Assembly (NCBI GenBank): GCA_964016885.1 | Contig: OZ024742.1 | Location: 47,926,001-47,990,000 of the forward strand | DNA from: Eledone cirrhosa | Taxonomy: Eukaryota | Length of the DNA: 64,000 bases | Direction: 5' to 3' | Part shown: positions 32,033-46,789 of the stretch, in pieces | Numbering within the stretch: the first letter of the stretch is position 1 | Layout: each line of letters starts with the position of its first letter | Position numbers and translations under genes: made by a program | Notes under the pieces: model-generated | Database searches by the model: none | Seen by the model: the letters and a program-made list of their open reading frames with translations, nothing else | What the model was told of the DNA's origin: nothing

Positions 32033-34075
32033 TATATATATATATATGAGTGTGAGAACGAGGGTAGGTCTGTTTATAAGCGTTTACAAGTGTGTGTGTG
32101 TAACGTTTGAATATATGTTTACATGTTTCTATGTCTATATGTTTATGTGCGTCGTATAATTAGTAACTCCATAATTAGCTCCTTACGTTAATTCTGCGCA
32201 GGTATGACTCAGTACACAAAATAATCTTTATAGATATAATACAAATAATTATATTGCAATCATTCCCTCTCTACGTATAACACCCTTATCACAGGCTAAA
32301 CATACCAGCAGTCCGAATGAATAAGATGATTTTATTGACTATGCTGGACATAAAATTGGATTAATCTCGGAGAAAATATCTTTGATTTTTTAGGTGTCTT
32401 ACTCAATAAGAAAACGCCAAGGATTACGTAACATCATAATAAATAAAGTGGCGATTGAGACTTAGTTATCGACAGGGCGGTCATTCCTAGGCTATTGTGT
32501 TTTGTTGGCCTAAGTAGATGTGTCGATGTAGCATTTAAAGTAGTTGAACTTCTCGTGTATTTTCTCATATTCATGAGATCATTTGTTAGGATTATATGGA
32601 ATACATTGCTCTTACGAAAATTGCATGATGCTAGTGGATATATCTTACAATAATATCTTATATGTTACAGGATAAATGCTCTAGTTTAAAGGCTAGGCAT
32701 TTGTCCTTGGGTGGACTGTTGCTGAAACTGATATTCTTTGTCTTAAGTTAGGATAGATCCTTTAATGTATTATTATAGTAATTATACATCATTATACATA
32801 GAAAACAAATCACAAAATAATAGCTACCATCCAGATGGAATGCTAGTGGTATTATTAACGCAATATATTCTGAGATAAGGATTTTTCTCCAAACAAAATG
32901 CTTGTTCATAAACATGAGATTTTCTTCTAAATCAAAGAGGTGAATTATTCTGTATTCCTGTTTTAAATTATTCAAGACATTTTTTCTAAGAATAAGACAG
33001 ACAATAAAGCAATTCAAAATCCATTGATCGCAAGATAGGAACAAGGCAAATGCATTCTTCCAAATGAAGGCTGGTCGACACAAATATATCGATTCTTTCA
33101 TTTAGCATATTGAACATCTTGCAATTTTTTATTATTTTTTTTTATTATTTTTTCAAATGGATATTCTCTCTGCTATAGCTAATGTCGAGACTGTGAAAGT
33201 GAAAGATGGTGTGAGCAAAATTCATGGCAGAAAAATCGAACTCAGCACATGAATGTCAGATTAATTATTGATCCGAAAATCATAAACTACAAAGGTAAGC
33301 ACGGCCTTCATAGAAATGAAAATAAAATGCCAAGAGACAGGGCAAACTCATCTGGACATACTATTGAACACTAACGTACATTCGCCACTTCATCAACTAA
33401 ATTTACGACAACAGATACCAGGATTTAAGTCAATAGCCGAATAGGAATTAAGAGTATGATTGAGATCATGAAATAATGCTGGATATTGAATAAACAGCTG
33501 TTGGAATTTTGAGAAAATTTCTCAAACATTTAGTTCTTGTCGAGTAACATCATATATCGAATATTCCAGAGAATAATATATTTGAAGAAATTCCACGCTG
33601 CAATTTTGTTTTGTCTATATATCAAGGTAGAAGGTTATAGGCTATTAAAATGAATAGTCATCAGAGTTTAACATGTGTTTAAAATATATCAGGTTTTTGT
33701 ACCTCAAAATGAGAGAAACATTACCATGAGAGATGAAAAATATCAACTCATGTTTCTTCGTGATTTCATCAATATATAATTGTAAAACCCTTTAAATTCA
33801 ACCTCCAAGGCAATTCAATATCTGCTACGTGAGTATTACAAAGAGACAGAATACGCATGGTGGTCAGATATATTATGTATATATATATGTGTGTGTGTGT
33901 GTGAGTGTGTGTGCGTGTATATATTTATATATATGTATATTATTATTGTTGTTGTTGATGTCGTTATTATTATTGTTGTTGTTATTATTATTATTATTGT
34001 TATTATTATTGTTATTATTATGTTTTTTTGTTTTTTTTTTCTCGTGCAATGACCATACTCGATAACGAGGGGGCA

Positions 34076-34129
<54 letters not shown>

Positions 34130-34352
34130 ATATAATAAACGGAAAAAATGAAACGAAATTTCATTTCACACTCTTAGTACGACTGTTACTTAAATACATA
34201 CTTATATAATATAATATATATGTATATATATATATATATTAATAAGGTAATGTACTGTAGTATAATAATTAGTATACTTCAATCCGGGTAAATTTTTCTT
34301 TTGCAATATATATATACAGATGTGTTGGTATCTGTGTTTCATCACATACACA

Positions 34353-34413
<61 letters not shown>

Positions 34414-36117
34414 TATATATATTATATTATATTTATATATGTATATATATGAATGGATGCATAGCATATTTGGCAATATACCGTATGTTTAATTAAAAAC
34501 ATTTAGAAGACCATTCGCTATTAGTTTTAAAGTAGTGACTATGTCACTTACCTATTTTCGGCGAAAGGGTGATTGACAGTCTGCTTCTCACTGGTTGGCG
34601 TTTATCAAAACCACACACTCCCCTGCCTTCGAGTGTGTTTGTGTGTAAAGAGAACATGTATGGAACACGGAGAACGAAGTTTTAAAACTTAAATAGACCT
34701 ATAAGCGTCCCCGTAATTTTGATTAAACTATATTGTCTAATGATGGGACCTCTAAACCGACATAGATATCAGAACACACGATACCCATCATTCTCAATGT
34801 AATAAAACATATCATGCAACCATATCGCTCGTCTCCTATAAAATTTACTCATCAGATGCTTCCTGAACTCGAGAGTTATTGAGCTTTATATATCTAGCTC
34901 CCTTTTAAATCCCATGAATCAAAAGAATCACAGATCGTTTTAGAGAAACATTACAACACCTAGATATCGAAATGAAAAATCTCTAGCACAAGATCTCAAG
35001 ATATATTTAAAATATGAATAAAAAAGAACGTTTAATAAGTATTAATAACATTTTTGAGAATTTATGCGGCGAGAAACGTATGTAAAATCTGATATAATTT
35101 ATATTTTGTCTCCATAGAAGCCAAAGGGAAAATACATGAACCGAAGTTTATTTATTTCTTTTACTATCCACATATTTTTCTTATTGCATTTGCATAACAC
35201 ATAACAAAATAATCTAAAATTTCTCGTAGTCGATTTAACTTACTAATATATCTTAAGCTTAATTTTTTTTATTGCGTTTAAATCTTAGTTATTTAAACCG
35301 ATTAGAATAAAAAAAACACCGTGTATTTTTATTTCTTATTTTCTCATATTGCAAATTTCCATTTATCAATTCTATCTGGAGACAGTATACTTCTTATCGA
35401 CTTACTGTTATATAATTTACCTTCTGTCAACTCAGAGTATATGCTTACTTTAAAGAGAAATATATATTGAAAGGAAATAAAAATGATTAGCTTTGAATTA
35501 TAATGAATTAATGTCAAACGAATCAGTGACTTGTATGTCACTCACTGAATTGTAAGTGGCATTTGCAGGAAATTATCATTGAAGAGAATGATAAATAATA
35601 ACATTTCACGATATACATATGGATATTATATGTGTATCTCATGCATTTTAAGTCCATTTGTACCGATGGTGACTGTTGTAGTAGTTGTAGCCATGAAATA
35701 GCCGGCTCTTGAATGTTTTCGCAAATGTATTAAATAAGCAATGCTAGAAAATCAACACAGGGTCTTACGAAGTTGTCTTCCACAAATAATGTCATCGCTA
35801 AATAGAGGAAACTTAGTTTTCAAACATTTCCATTGTGCTACTGATGGAAGTTTCTTTCAGGTTTGAGGAAACCGCAGGTAATACCGAAACAAATTAACAT
35901 AATAATGCGACGATTTGAGTGTTAAGTAACCAATGATTTCAGAAAGAAACAACGTGTTGGGACATGTAATATAGGGCACATATGATGTATGAGTACGGCA
36001 ATGTCAGGACCATCCAGTAGAGGCTAAATATTGACGTTCTTTAAACCGATCACCTATTGTCTATTTGACACGGATTGGACCAAAGAACCCAGTAGATTGC
36101 GATTATATTACTCGAAA

Positions 36118-36315
36118 AGGGGGTGGTGGATTGGCAGTATCGGCAGAGTGTCGGACGTCATGCTTTGCAGAATAGAGCTATGCCATTTTGCGGTCTGATT
36201 TCAAATCCCACCAATGTAAACTTTACCTTTCATCCTCACGGGGTCGATAAAATAAAGTATCAGTAATGTACTGTGATAATTGCTGGCCTTGTGCCAACAG
36301 TAGAAACAATTATAT
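36118..36315 (+). mobile_element. tRNA-derived SINE with Meta-type domain
   Basis: tggcagtatcgg..ttcaaatccc..aactttacctttcatcctcacggggtcgataaaataaagtatcagt. Same family as 42071 and 46790. Confidence 0.8.
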
Positions 36316-36704
36316 TACTCGAAACGAGAAACGTAAGGTGCTTCCATATTGATAGCGAAAACAGGTGGTTTAGTGGTGTCTTGCTTCACACATCTCTCTT
36401 GTAGAGTTTCACTCGGATATCTCCTATTCTCCTCTTGGGTAGTGTTCTTTGTTTTCTCCATTTTGCTCCTTGTGTTGTGTTCACTGCCTTCTCCTATTCC
36501 GTTCTTAGTATCCCTTTGTATTTATGTGGTTGTATTTCCTTACTTGGGGTGATTAAATAACATTTAAATCTGATAGGAACAGCCACACATATGTGTGTGT
36601 ATGGATATATATACACACATATATGTGTGCGTGTTTAGTTGTGTGTATGTGTACGCACATATGCACACAATCCTATATCTATCTATCTATGTAACTATCT
36701 ATAT

Positions 36705-39700
36705 CAACAACAAAAACCAACAACACCACCACCACCACAACAACAACAACAACAACAAACACGTGAAAAAATAACACAGAATACTGTCCCTCCCAATCCC
36801 TCCCCACCCAAAACAAATACAAAAACACACACACCGCAAACACTACCAGAAAACATACCCCTCCCACCTAACAAGGAAGATGAACCCCTTTCGTCGCAAG
36901 ACGAAAAAGATCCCTTCCAACAAGTAAAAAGAAAGAAGAGGAGACGCACCACAGACACACATGTTAACTTTAACCCTCCCCAAGAGAACACAAACTACAC
37001 ACAAACCACCCCTCCCTGTCACACAACACTAACTGCTACACAAAAAAAGACCTTACAATATACATACATGAACACAGACAACAAAGAATTACTGAAAACA
37101 ATTTCAGCAAACCCTTCGGTCCAAACTGAAGGGCCTAACTTTATAACTGCTGTGGGACTACCTCATTTAAAAATGATTAAAGTCCCAATGAATTTTACAA
37201 AACACTGAAAATAAATTTCACGGAGCACGTGGGCCCACCCTGCGTCAAACCAATCAACCGCGCCCTCCTAAAAAATGTCACCCCCCACCCCACCCAGACA
37301 CCCACTCAACCAAAAACACCCTAACCCCACAACACACTGATGCCCCTTCACTTCCACAACCCCCCCACCCAACAACCCATCCCCAACCAGCATGGAAATT
37401 GAGCGGCCCGTTTCCCGGGACGCAGAGAGGTAAGTGCCTTTTCTCCTTACCACCAACATGGCTGTGCTAAGAGTAGGGTGTCTAAATGCGCGTGGCCTGG
37501 GCTCATCTTGGAAGCAAGCAATGCTTCTAAATGACCTCAGGTCACAATCTATAAATGTGATGGTTATCTGCGAGGCCCGGATCAGCAACATGCGGCAGCT
37601 AGCCCCCACCTTTGACGACTTTGAGATGCACGCATCTCTCTGTCAGCCCGGAAGTGGGGGTGGGGTTGTCGGTCTGCTGCAAAAACATCTGGGCCTTGCA
37701 ACACAGATAGTTCACTTGGACCCAGGGGGTCGACTGGTGGTGCTGGACCTTGGCAGTGGTGAAGGTAGAGCCTTTAGGCTGGTAGCCACATATGCCCCTT
37801 TTGGGACAGAGCGGCCCGACTTTTTCCAGCGTCTGGAGTCTTTTCTAGCGACGTCCCGTTCCCTGCTTTTAGTGGGGGACTGGAATGGTATCCTGGATGC
37901 ACGTTGGGACTATGCAGGGGCATGTCCCGATAGAGAGGGGTGCAACAGCCTCAAGGGGTTACTCGGCCGATTTGACCTGGCCGATAGATTTTGACTAGAT
38001 TTTCCGACGGTGCCAACCTTGTCTTGGTCAAATCGCAGCGGATCATCTAGGTCGTACCTAGATAGGTTTTTAGTTAGAAATAAGGACAGGGACTTTTTAA
38101 GTTGTCCAGAAATGCTCATGGTTGGCTATTCAGACCACAAGTTGGTGATCTGCATGGTCAACCTTGATAGAACGCATAGACAGGGACCCGGTTACTGGAA
38201 GCTCAACTTGTCCTTGCCGGCAAGTAGAGCTTACAGGGATCGGATTAGTACGTTAGTTAAGGAACGGTTGACTGGAGCGATCGTCAACAGTAGGTGGTGG
38301 GTATCTCTAAAGAGAGATTAGAGTAGTCTCGATAGAATTTAGTAAGGTTCTAGCTGCGGATAGGAACAGGAAGGAAAGGGAGCTAATAGATAGAGTAGAA
38401 GAGGCAATTAGAAGCGGCGACGTGGCCAGAGTGCTAGCGTCGAGAACGGCTTTGAGCCAGTTTTTCGACGCGAAGCACGAGGGCTGCGTTGTCCGAAGTA
38501 AAATACGTGTTCTAGGGAACGAGGGGACCAAAGCTGTTAGCTGGGCCCGCGTGACAGAGGCCAACAGTGGAACTAAATCCACCATCCGGTCTTTGCGAAA
38601 CCAGGATGGACGGGCGATTCTTGAGCCTAAGCAGATGTGTGAGGCCTTTCAAAGGCACTTTGCCCGACTGTTCGGAGGGGGGGGGGAGCCGGTTGGGGAT
38701 GTGGACTTCGGTCCATACCTCGACGGCCTGCCGCGTCTCTCGGACAGGGAGGCGAAGTCCTGCGAGGAGCCGATTTCGGCCGCTGAGATAGAGGACGTGC
38801 TGAGCCAATGCGGCAAACGCAAATCCCCGGGTCTCGATGGTCTTCCATACGAATTATATCTAGCTATGCCCGGACTTGTTCCTCGATCTCCTCGAGGCGG
38901 TCTACTGCAACTGACAACAGAACGGGAGAATTCCCTGTACTGTGACCAAGGGCGTAGTCACGCTAGTGAGGAAGGACGAGAACAAGGGGGACGAAATAAG
39001 TAACTTCAGGCCCATAACTCTGCTAAATACAGAGTTACAGATTTTGGCCAAGGTGCTAGCAAAGAGGTTGGCGCTTGTCGTGGGCAACCTGGTGGGAGAT
39101 GCGCAGACATGTGCTATCCCGTCCAGGTCCATCCATGACAACCTCCACCTCATGCGATACATCATAGAGAGGGTTGGGACGAACCCGGCTTTGGTGGGGC
39201 AATGATCAACTTACATCAATCTAAGGCGTTCGATAGGGTCGACCATGGTTACCTGGATGCGGTGCTAGCGGCGGCAGGCTTCGGACCCGTTTTCAGGGGC
39301 TGGATCACTACTATGCACAGCAGCCGCATCTGCTCTAGGGTCAAGGTGAACGGCTACCTCTCGGAGCCGTTCAAAATCGCGCGGTTCATCCGACAAGGGT
39401 GCCCTCTCTCCTCCCTTCTGTATGTGTTGACTCTCGAGCCACTACTGCGGAAGTTGGAGTTGTTGCAGGGCATCCCTTTGGAACCGGTATTGCGGAAAGC
39501 GGTGTCGGCCTACACCGATGACGTGACAGTAATGGTGTCGACGGCCTCCGAAATCGGGGCCGTCGGCACCTTACTGGAGGAGTACGAAAGGTCCACAGGG
39601 GCTAAGCTGAACCGGGACAAGTCGATCGGTTTGCAACTCGGCACGTGGAGGGGCAGACCGATGCCCTCCGATGGTGTCGTCGGACGCTGGACGGTGGGCC

Positions 39701-41152
39701 CGTTGAAGTTGCTCGGGGTCTGGATCGGACCGGACCTCCAGGTGGAGAATAACTGGGCGGAGGTTACGAACAGGGTGTTTGCACTGACCCAGCAGTGGGC
39801 CAGTTGCAAACTATCCCTGAAAGGTCGGGCGGAGGTGGCGAACACCTATATAGCGTCCGTCATCTACTACTGCCTGACCGTAGTGCCCTGCCCAAGGGAA
39901 ACCCTCGCCAAGATGGAGCGCGCGCTCTTCCAATTCCTTTGGAAGAGGTGGGCTAACTTGGTGAGGAGATCCATCTGCTGTCAACACCCCTCGAAAGGAG
40001 GGCTGGGGATGCCGTGGCTAATGATGCGTAAACACGCATTAAGGCTACGGCACCTCCACGTATTCCTCACCGGTCAACCGGTGTGGGCCTCGTTTGTGAG
40101 ACGAACCTTTCCCAGACTCGTCTCACTCACCGAGCTGCAATCCTGGGTCAAGCAAAGACCGAGAAAACTGGGCGCGTGGCACACTGAGTGTGCCCAGGCG
40201 CTCACCGCCCTCTGGAAGGCGGATCCGGTTATCAGTGGTGACTCCACCGCAACATTCTATAGAGGGCTGGTACGCAGCAGGTGCGATGACGCCCTCGGAG
40301 AAGCCCTAGACATGGAGGAGGACGAACTGGCCAGCCTGTTCGGTAGGACATTCAGCCCGGGACCTATGGACAACTTCCAGAAGTCCCTGGCCTGGCAATG
40401 CTACCGAGGGGCTCTACCCGTTCGAGAAAAGCTCTACAGACACGGGCGCCCGGGTAGGGACCCCGCCAAAAAGATTTGTCCTAGATGCGTTGGCGACGAG
40501 GAAACCGTTGCACACGCATTGGTACACTGATCGGGCGTAGCCGATCTGTGGGGCTATGTCGAACAACTGCTGTCAAGGGTGGGACCGATCCGGTTGACCA
40601 CCGAGTATATTGTAATGATCAAACCGCCTCCCCCTTCAAATATGAAGGAGAGGCGGTATTTCTGTGCGTAATAGCCATGGTGAAAGAAGTTGTATGGTGG
40701 ACGCGTCTTTCGCGTCCACTCAGGCACCTTTCTCTCTGGCCAACAACTGGTCCGTTACTTCCGATATCATTTCGGAAGAAGGATCAGGATGGAGAGAGAG
40801 GTGCTCCACCCCAGTCGTTTTTATGAAAGGTGGGTGAAAGTGGCGAGAATGGCCAGTGTGAATGGGCCTTCTCTTTACATAAGCCTGTAGGTGGAAAAGA
40901 GGAAGGAACGAGGGAGCACCCCTCTCTGTGCTCCTGAGGAGAAGGGTTGCACACTTTTTTCGGGGGTGTGTGCGACCCCCCAAGGCGCCTCCTCTCTATT
41001 GAGGATTTTGTTATAAATTTTATTTTTTGTTATATTTTATTTTATTTTTATATATTGTTATTGCCCCCTCCTTATTGAGGACGCCTTTTTGTGTAAACTC
41101 CCACCTTTGTACTTGTCCCACTTTTGATGCCCTGGTGGCAAATAAAAGAAAC
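36705..41152 (+). mobile_element. Tx1/L1-type LINE, 5'-truncated within ORF1, with 3' UTR and AATAAA
   Basis: P/T/Q-rich ORF1 remnant with FQQVKRKKRRR, a GC-rich ORF2, a T-rich 3' UTR and aataaa at 41141. Confidence 0.88.
37458..40890 (+). pseudogene. Tx1/L1 ORF2 (APE endonuclease + RT + Cys-rich C-terminus), with stops and frameshifts
   Basis: LNARGL, ICEAR, VGDWN, SYLDRF, SDH, GYWKLN, KSPGLDG, FRPITLLN, KAFDRVDH, RQGCPLS, YTDD, GGLG, CPRC..ETVAH. Confidence 0.93.
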
Positions 41153-41194
41153 ATATCTATATATAGTTAGATAGATAGATAGATATAGGATTGC

Positions 41195-41274
<80 letters not shown>

Positions 41275-41275
<1 letters not shown>

Positions 41276-41620
41276 GTGGGTAAGGTTCTATACCATACAG
41301 AGGTTATACAAAAAGTAAGAATGGAAACTACACGGAAACATTTTAAAGAAACTTTATTTCTTTTTTCTCCTTTGATCCATTAAATTTACATTATTGAAAA
41401 AAAGAGAAGAACCTCCTTTTCTGTTAAAGAAAGAAGGTTTATATAATGTATAAAACATTACCGGTTTCGATATCCATATTATCAAATATTAAATATCACA
41501 ATTAAAATTTTAAAACGTATTAATAATTAAATGTTGAAGAAGGTCTGTTTATATTTTGTGTTGGAAGGAAGACTAGTTCACTTAGAAAAAGTAGTTTATA
41601 TACATATAATAGTAGTAGTC
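41275..41620 (-). mobile_element. Probable solo PLE pseudo-LTR fragment with HHR-like motif at 41459-41485
   Basis: Minus strand: aatat-TTGATAA-tatggatatc-GAAA-CCGG-TA-atgtt. Abuts (TA)n. Confidence 0.45.
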
Positions 41621-42070
41621 GTGTCGTTTCACATAACAATTATATACATATATGCGTGTGCATGTATGTACGTATGCTCACATACGCATATGTATAAAGA
41701 GATATACATGGTCACCATTCTTTATCTATTTCTATTTATTGTGCAGATGCATACATAATATATATCTGTCACATTATGTATATTATAAGTTGCTCTCATT
41801 CTTCTTTTCGTTCTTTTTTTCTCTTTTTCGTCTTGCCAACAATCTTCATGTTCTGAATTACAATCACGCCACAACCTTTTATAACACCATCCTCATAATT
41901 ATCAATGTCACCGTCATCTACATGAATACTACCAAAACTATCATATATACTACTGCAACCACCACCAAAATCACCACATATCACAACCCAAACCGTAAAA
42001 TCAAAACCATTATCACTATCATCATCACCTTTATTGATAAGGAAATTATCAACATTATTTTCATCATCAA

Positions 42071-42262
42071 GGGCGGTAGATTGGCAGTATCGGTAGAGGG
42101 TCGGACGCCGTGCTTTGCAGCACAGTTACGTCCCTTTACGGACTGAGTTCAAATCCCGCCGAGGTTAACTTTGCCTTTCATCCTTACGGGGTCGATAAAA
42201 TAAAGTACCAGTAATACACTGAGATAAATCCTGGCCTTGTTCCAAAAGTGGAAACAATTATT
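42071..42262 (+). mobile_element. tRNA-derived SINE with Meta-type domain
   Basis: tggcagtatcggtag (A box), gagttcaaatccc (B box), tttgcctttcatccttacggggtcgataaaataaagtaccagt. Confidence 0.85.
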
Positions 42263-43624
42263 TTCATCATCATCATCAACATCAACCTCGTCATTTCGCT
42301 ATCCTAATATTCCGTCACCCGAATTTGTTTGGATTATTCTTTTGCTTTCTTTCAGATTTATTCTCGGTATTCTGTATTATTTTTGTTTTCATTGAAAAAG
42401 AATGCTAAACATTTCGAGAAAGCTGGCCGACAACAAGTTGGATAAGAGAAAGAAGCTGTTACCTTAGGTTATATCCATTCCAGAGAAATTCATTTCACAA
42501 ACTCAACAACCGAAAGTTATGCATGTTTCATAATGCCCATAGAATTTCAGTTTTCTTCGTGTTCATAGTTTTTATTTATTTGGCTGGTTGTTCTTACGAA
42601 TTTTACTTTAATGTGTTTTATACATACATACGCACATATAAACATGTATATATTCATAAACACTCATACACTGACATAGACACAGACAGACACACAGATA
42701 CACTCAGACATACAGACACACAGACATAGACACACATACACATTCACACACACACACACATACACACAGAGACAGACACACATATATATAAATTTAATGT
42801 AAGTAGTTCAGTTAATTACTGGTGGTGGTAACACAACAAGCACTCTATGCACAGGCAGAGTATATATATATTAATAAGAACGATGAAGTTTCATTTACAT
42901 GTATTTTAATTTTTATTGTGTAGTTACGTGCGTTTTGCAGAGGGTTGGCTCAGGTTCACCCATAGAAGTTATGCACCCGACTTCATTCTCGATCTGCTCT
43001 TCAGCCTATAAAATCCCGACCGCGGCACGAAGTGTTTTCGGTTTCTGTGTTCATCAAGATCTTTATATTTCTGGTCCAATTTCTGGTCCAACTCTTTTTA
43101 GAGGATACGACGTTGAGTCCCATTTGTATCTGATGCCACAGTTAAAACATTCTTCACGTTATGTGGTCTATAGTTATGGTTGACCCTCTGATCCCGACGG
43201 ATATAAATGTGATTTATAATTTACTGAAATTTAACCAAAGAGGATTCTGCTGATAATTAGCTTTAAGTCTTCCGTAACTTGATCAAATTATATGCATGGT
43301 AATCGATAATCGATTAGTTAGATCGATTTTTGCTTCGGTTTACGAAATATGAAAACTGTAAGGAAAATAAGAAAATTTCCACCTTAAAGTATGTACTTCT
43401 TTCTAAATAGTATATACTTTATAAAAATGTACAAAACACGATACGTTTCTCCAAAGATGTATAGTTATTTCTCTCTCTCTCACTATTGTATATACATATA
43501 CTCTTTAAAGAATTATTAATATCACTGGACAAACGATCATTGACGTGTTCTGCTGAGGAACATAATTATCACATATATTATATATGTCATGATATCTTCA
43601 CATCGTATATATATATATATATAG

Positions 43625-44260
43625 AAGGCCCAACTATCTATTTAAAGCTGTATATAGCTATGGTGCGGCCATACTTAGAATTTGCATCACCAGTTTGGAA
43701 CCCCGATCTTGTTCAGAACATTGATCGCCTGGAAACTGTTCAGAGACGTGCAACCAAGCGAATACCCTCCATCAGGCATCTACCATACTCTGAACGCCTT
43801 GCTTCCCTGGGCATGTATACATTGAAGCTCCGACATCTGGCAACTAACTTGGTAAACACCCACAAAATGATTAACCATCTTGCCAACAACAAGCCTGGGT
43901 ACATTTTTAGTTTCCATATGTCTAAAACACGTGGGCATGCCAACAAGGTCAGAAAAGAGCACAGATCCCACGACTTTCGGAAACCTTTTTTCACGCTCAG
44001 AGTTGCTGAAGTATGGAAAAAAACTACCTGGATCAGTTATTAGCTGTCGAAACACTGCATCCTTTAAAACCTCCATGCTTCTTGAGATTCGCCAAGACTA
44101 CACCTAATATTCCCCCTCCATCGACACGCACACATATATATCATGACTCATACACTATTCATTTCCCTGACATTTGTATATTATTCTATGTACTATACAT
44201 GCACTTTGATGAGTTGTAGTGCACCTGAACACTGAACACAAACATTTCATTATTATTACT
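43625..44260 (+). mobile_element. CR1-group LINE 3' fragment
   Basis: LYIAMVRPYLEFASPVWNP..LETVQRRATKRIP..YSERL..TRGH..FFTLRV, then a 3' UTR ending in (TTA)n. Confidence 0.88.
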
Positions 44261-44344
44261 TTATATAATAGCCGAAAATCCGCTCCTGGTGCGGTTTTTC
44301 TGCTAACATATGTAGTGTACATATTGGTATTATACGCAAATATA

Positions 44345-45310
44345 TGCATATATGTAAGTATGTATGTATACGTACATACATATATGTGTACAGACGTACA
44401 CTAGTATGTATATATATATATACATACATGCACATATATATATATATATGTACGTATGGGTTTACCGAACATTTATTATAATGCTCGGTTTGTTTGTAAA
44501 CAAACAAACTGCTCGAATTACGCCGTTCAGACGTTCAACCATCTGACTGAAAGGTATACGATGCTGACGATAGCTAATAAGCTTGACACTAGTACATTGT
44601 TCCTGTGTCAGTGTTGAACAAAAAGGTGACGATGGTTTCCTGAACACTTTACGGCGAAATTCAGGCTTTTTGTTTGTTTATAAACAAAGCGAGCATTATA
44701 ATAAAAGTTCGGTAAACCCATACGTACATATATATATATATGTGTGTATGTATGTATATATATACATACTACTGTACGTCTGTACACACATGTATGTACG
44801 TATACATACATACTTACATTTAAGTACCAGCCGTACTAAGAGTGAGAAATGAAATTTTGTTTCATTCTTTTCCATTTATCGTTTTCGGTCCGCCCGGCCG
44901 ACTAACTCACTCGATATGCAAATTAGGCTGCTCAGCCGTTAATATGCATAAGGAAAGTATATACTTTCAGACATTCAACCACCTGACAGAAAGGTATACG
45001 ATGCTGACGATAGCTAATAAGCTTTAAACTAGTACATCGTTCCTGTGTCAGTGTTGAACAAAAAGGTGACGATGGTTGCCTGAACACTGTACGGCGTAAT
45101 TCGGGCTCTTTGTTTGTTTATAAACAAACCGAGCTTTATAATAAATGTTCGGTAAACCCATACGTACATATATATATGCATGTATGTATATATATACATA
45201 CTACTGTACGTCTGTACACATATATGTATGTACGCATACATACATACTTACATTTAAGTACCAGCCGTACTAAGAGTGAGAAATGAAATTTAGTTTCATT
45301 TTTTTCCATA
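44345..45310. mobile_element. Second locus of the ~435-bp-unit family: short forward part, then inverted tandem (period 440)
   Basis: tatgggtttaccgaacatt forward at ~44455. ggtaaaccca (its reverse complement) at 44711 and 45151. Switch near 44528. Confidence 0.85.
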
Positions 45311-45351
45311 TATGCATATAGATATATGTAAATTGAAAATTAATTTGATAA

Positions 45352-46045
45352 TATCTTCTTCTTCACCCCCTTATTTCTGAGAGGGTCGTGGGGCCAGAGT
45401 CCTTCTCAAACACTCCTTCCAGCGAGTCTGTCAGTAGCAAAACATCTCTAACTGATTAACTGATCCAGTTTGATCCCAAAGTGTTACCTGCCAATCTCGT
45501 AGATGTTATCGAACTATCTTGCTCAGGGTCTACCTCTGGGTCTCTTTCCGGTTGGTTTTGACTGTAAAATGTGTCCAGCGATTCATTACTGAGACATTCT
45601 AACCACATGCTCATAATATTAAAGTTGAGATCTCTCAATTCGGAGAAGTAGCTGCTCTACCAGGAGTGACTCTCTGGTCTCTGAGCTATACAATTTCTCG
45701 AGTAACGCTACACGAAACACCATTCAGAGGATCCCATTTCTGCCCCTTTTATTTGCAATTGTATTTATTCTTTTGGTCATTACTCAAGATTCATGATCCT
45801 CGGTAAGAGTTGGCAGGAATACCAGGAAGACAGCGAGTTTGGCTTTTACACCTACCCCTTCATCTGATTGCTGAATGGTGAGGCTGGCGCATTACTGCAT
45901 CAGCTTTTGCAATTCTTGCACTTAATTCAGCCTCCTGCATTCCATCACTCACGAACACGGCTCCAAGATATTTGAACTTCTCTAACTGCTTCAGTAGAAC
46001 TCCATTCACATGGGTATAAATTTGAGGGACTTCTGTCCACCCGTC
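45352..46045 (-). mobile_element. RTE-type LINE 3' fragment, decayed
   Basis: LEKFKYLGAVFVSDG..ARIAKA, then remnants of PTLT..HES..AEMG and LLLRIERSQL. Ends in a short (GAA)n tail. Confidence 0.8.
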
Positions 46046-46186
46046 CATCAAGCAATGTGTATGTGTGTTTGAAAGGGATATACACATATATATGTCTAAC
46101 TTAAAAACAGTGACACACACACGTGTCTCTAATTTAAGAACGCTGACAAACTCACACGCACGCACATACACACACTGTCCTATTAC

Positions 46187-46620
46187 CACTGAAGAGTTTT
46201 GGCCCGGGCAAATATTCCCTCAATTTTGGAACCATCTGGGTTGTCCTGAATTGATGGGAAAAGACTTGACGGTCTTACTATGTGCTCCTGGTCAAGTGAC
46301 AAGTGCCTTATCTGGGACGTCACAATTAGTGACTCTTTTGCTTCTTCCCACATTCTGGATGCAGCGGTAAGAGCGAGAGCTACAGCATCTTAAAATACCA
46401 TGTTCTGTCAGCTAACTACCTTATCCAGCATGTGGAGTTCGAGACGTTTGGGGGAGTCAGGCTACTGACAGCGAGATTCTTATCTTCAATGCCGGCTCGC
46501 CAAACAGAGGTAAATATAAATGCTCACGCAGGCACTTGGTTGTTCCAGCACCTCAGCGTCGCCATCACCCCTGGAAACGCAGCGAGAGTGCTGGCCTGCA
46601 TCAACAATTATTAGAGAGGT
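46187..46620 (+). mobile_element. CRE-clade non-LTR retrotransposon 3' fragment (restriction-like endonuclease)
   Basis: DGKRLDGLT (cf. DGKRPDG), IWDVT, VEFETFGG, WLFQHLSVAITPGNAARVL (cf. FQRLSxAxQRGNA). Confidence 0.72.
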
Positions 46621-46789
46621 TTCCAAGTGCTCCTCGCTATATTGCTATCTTTTACTCTGGTAGCGGCTAGTTTTTACCACTCTTTCGTCTGTATGTTTTT
46701 CTATGTCGTCTAAGATGTGTGTATTACGTTCTTGTGTATTTTTTCTTTTTCTTTTTTTCCTGTCCCTTTCCTTTGTATATATTATATTG

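Noticed and set aside
32748-33101. 117-aa hydrophobic ORF that could be a host exon
   Set aside because: No recognisable motif or supported splice sites. Its composition is what AT-rich DNA gives by chance.
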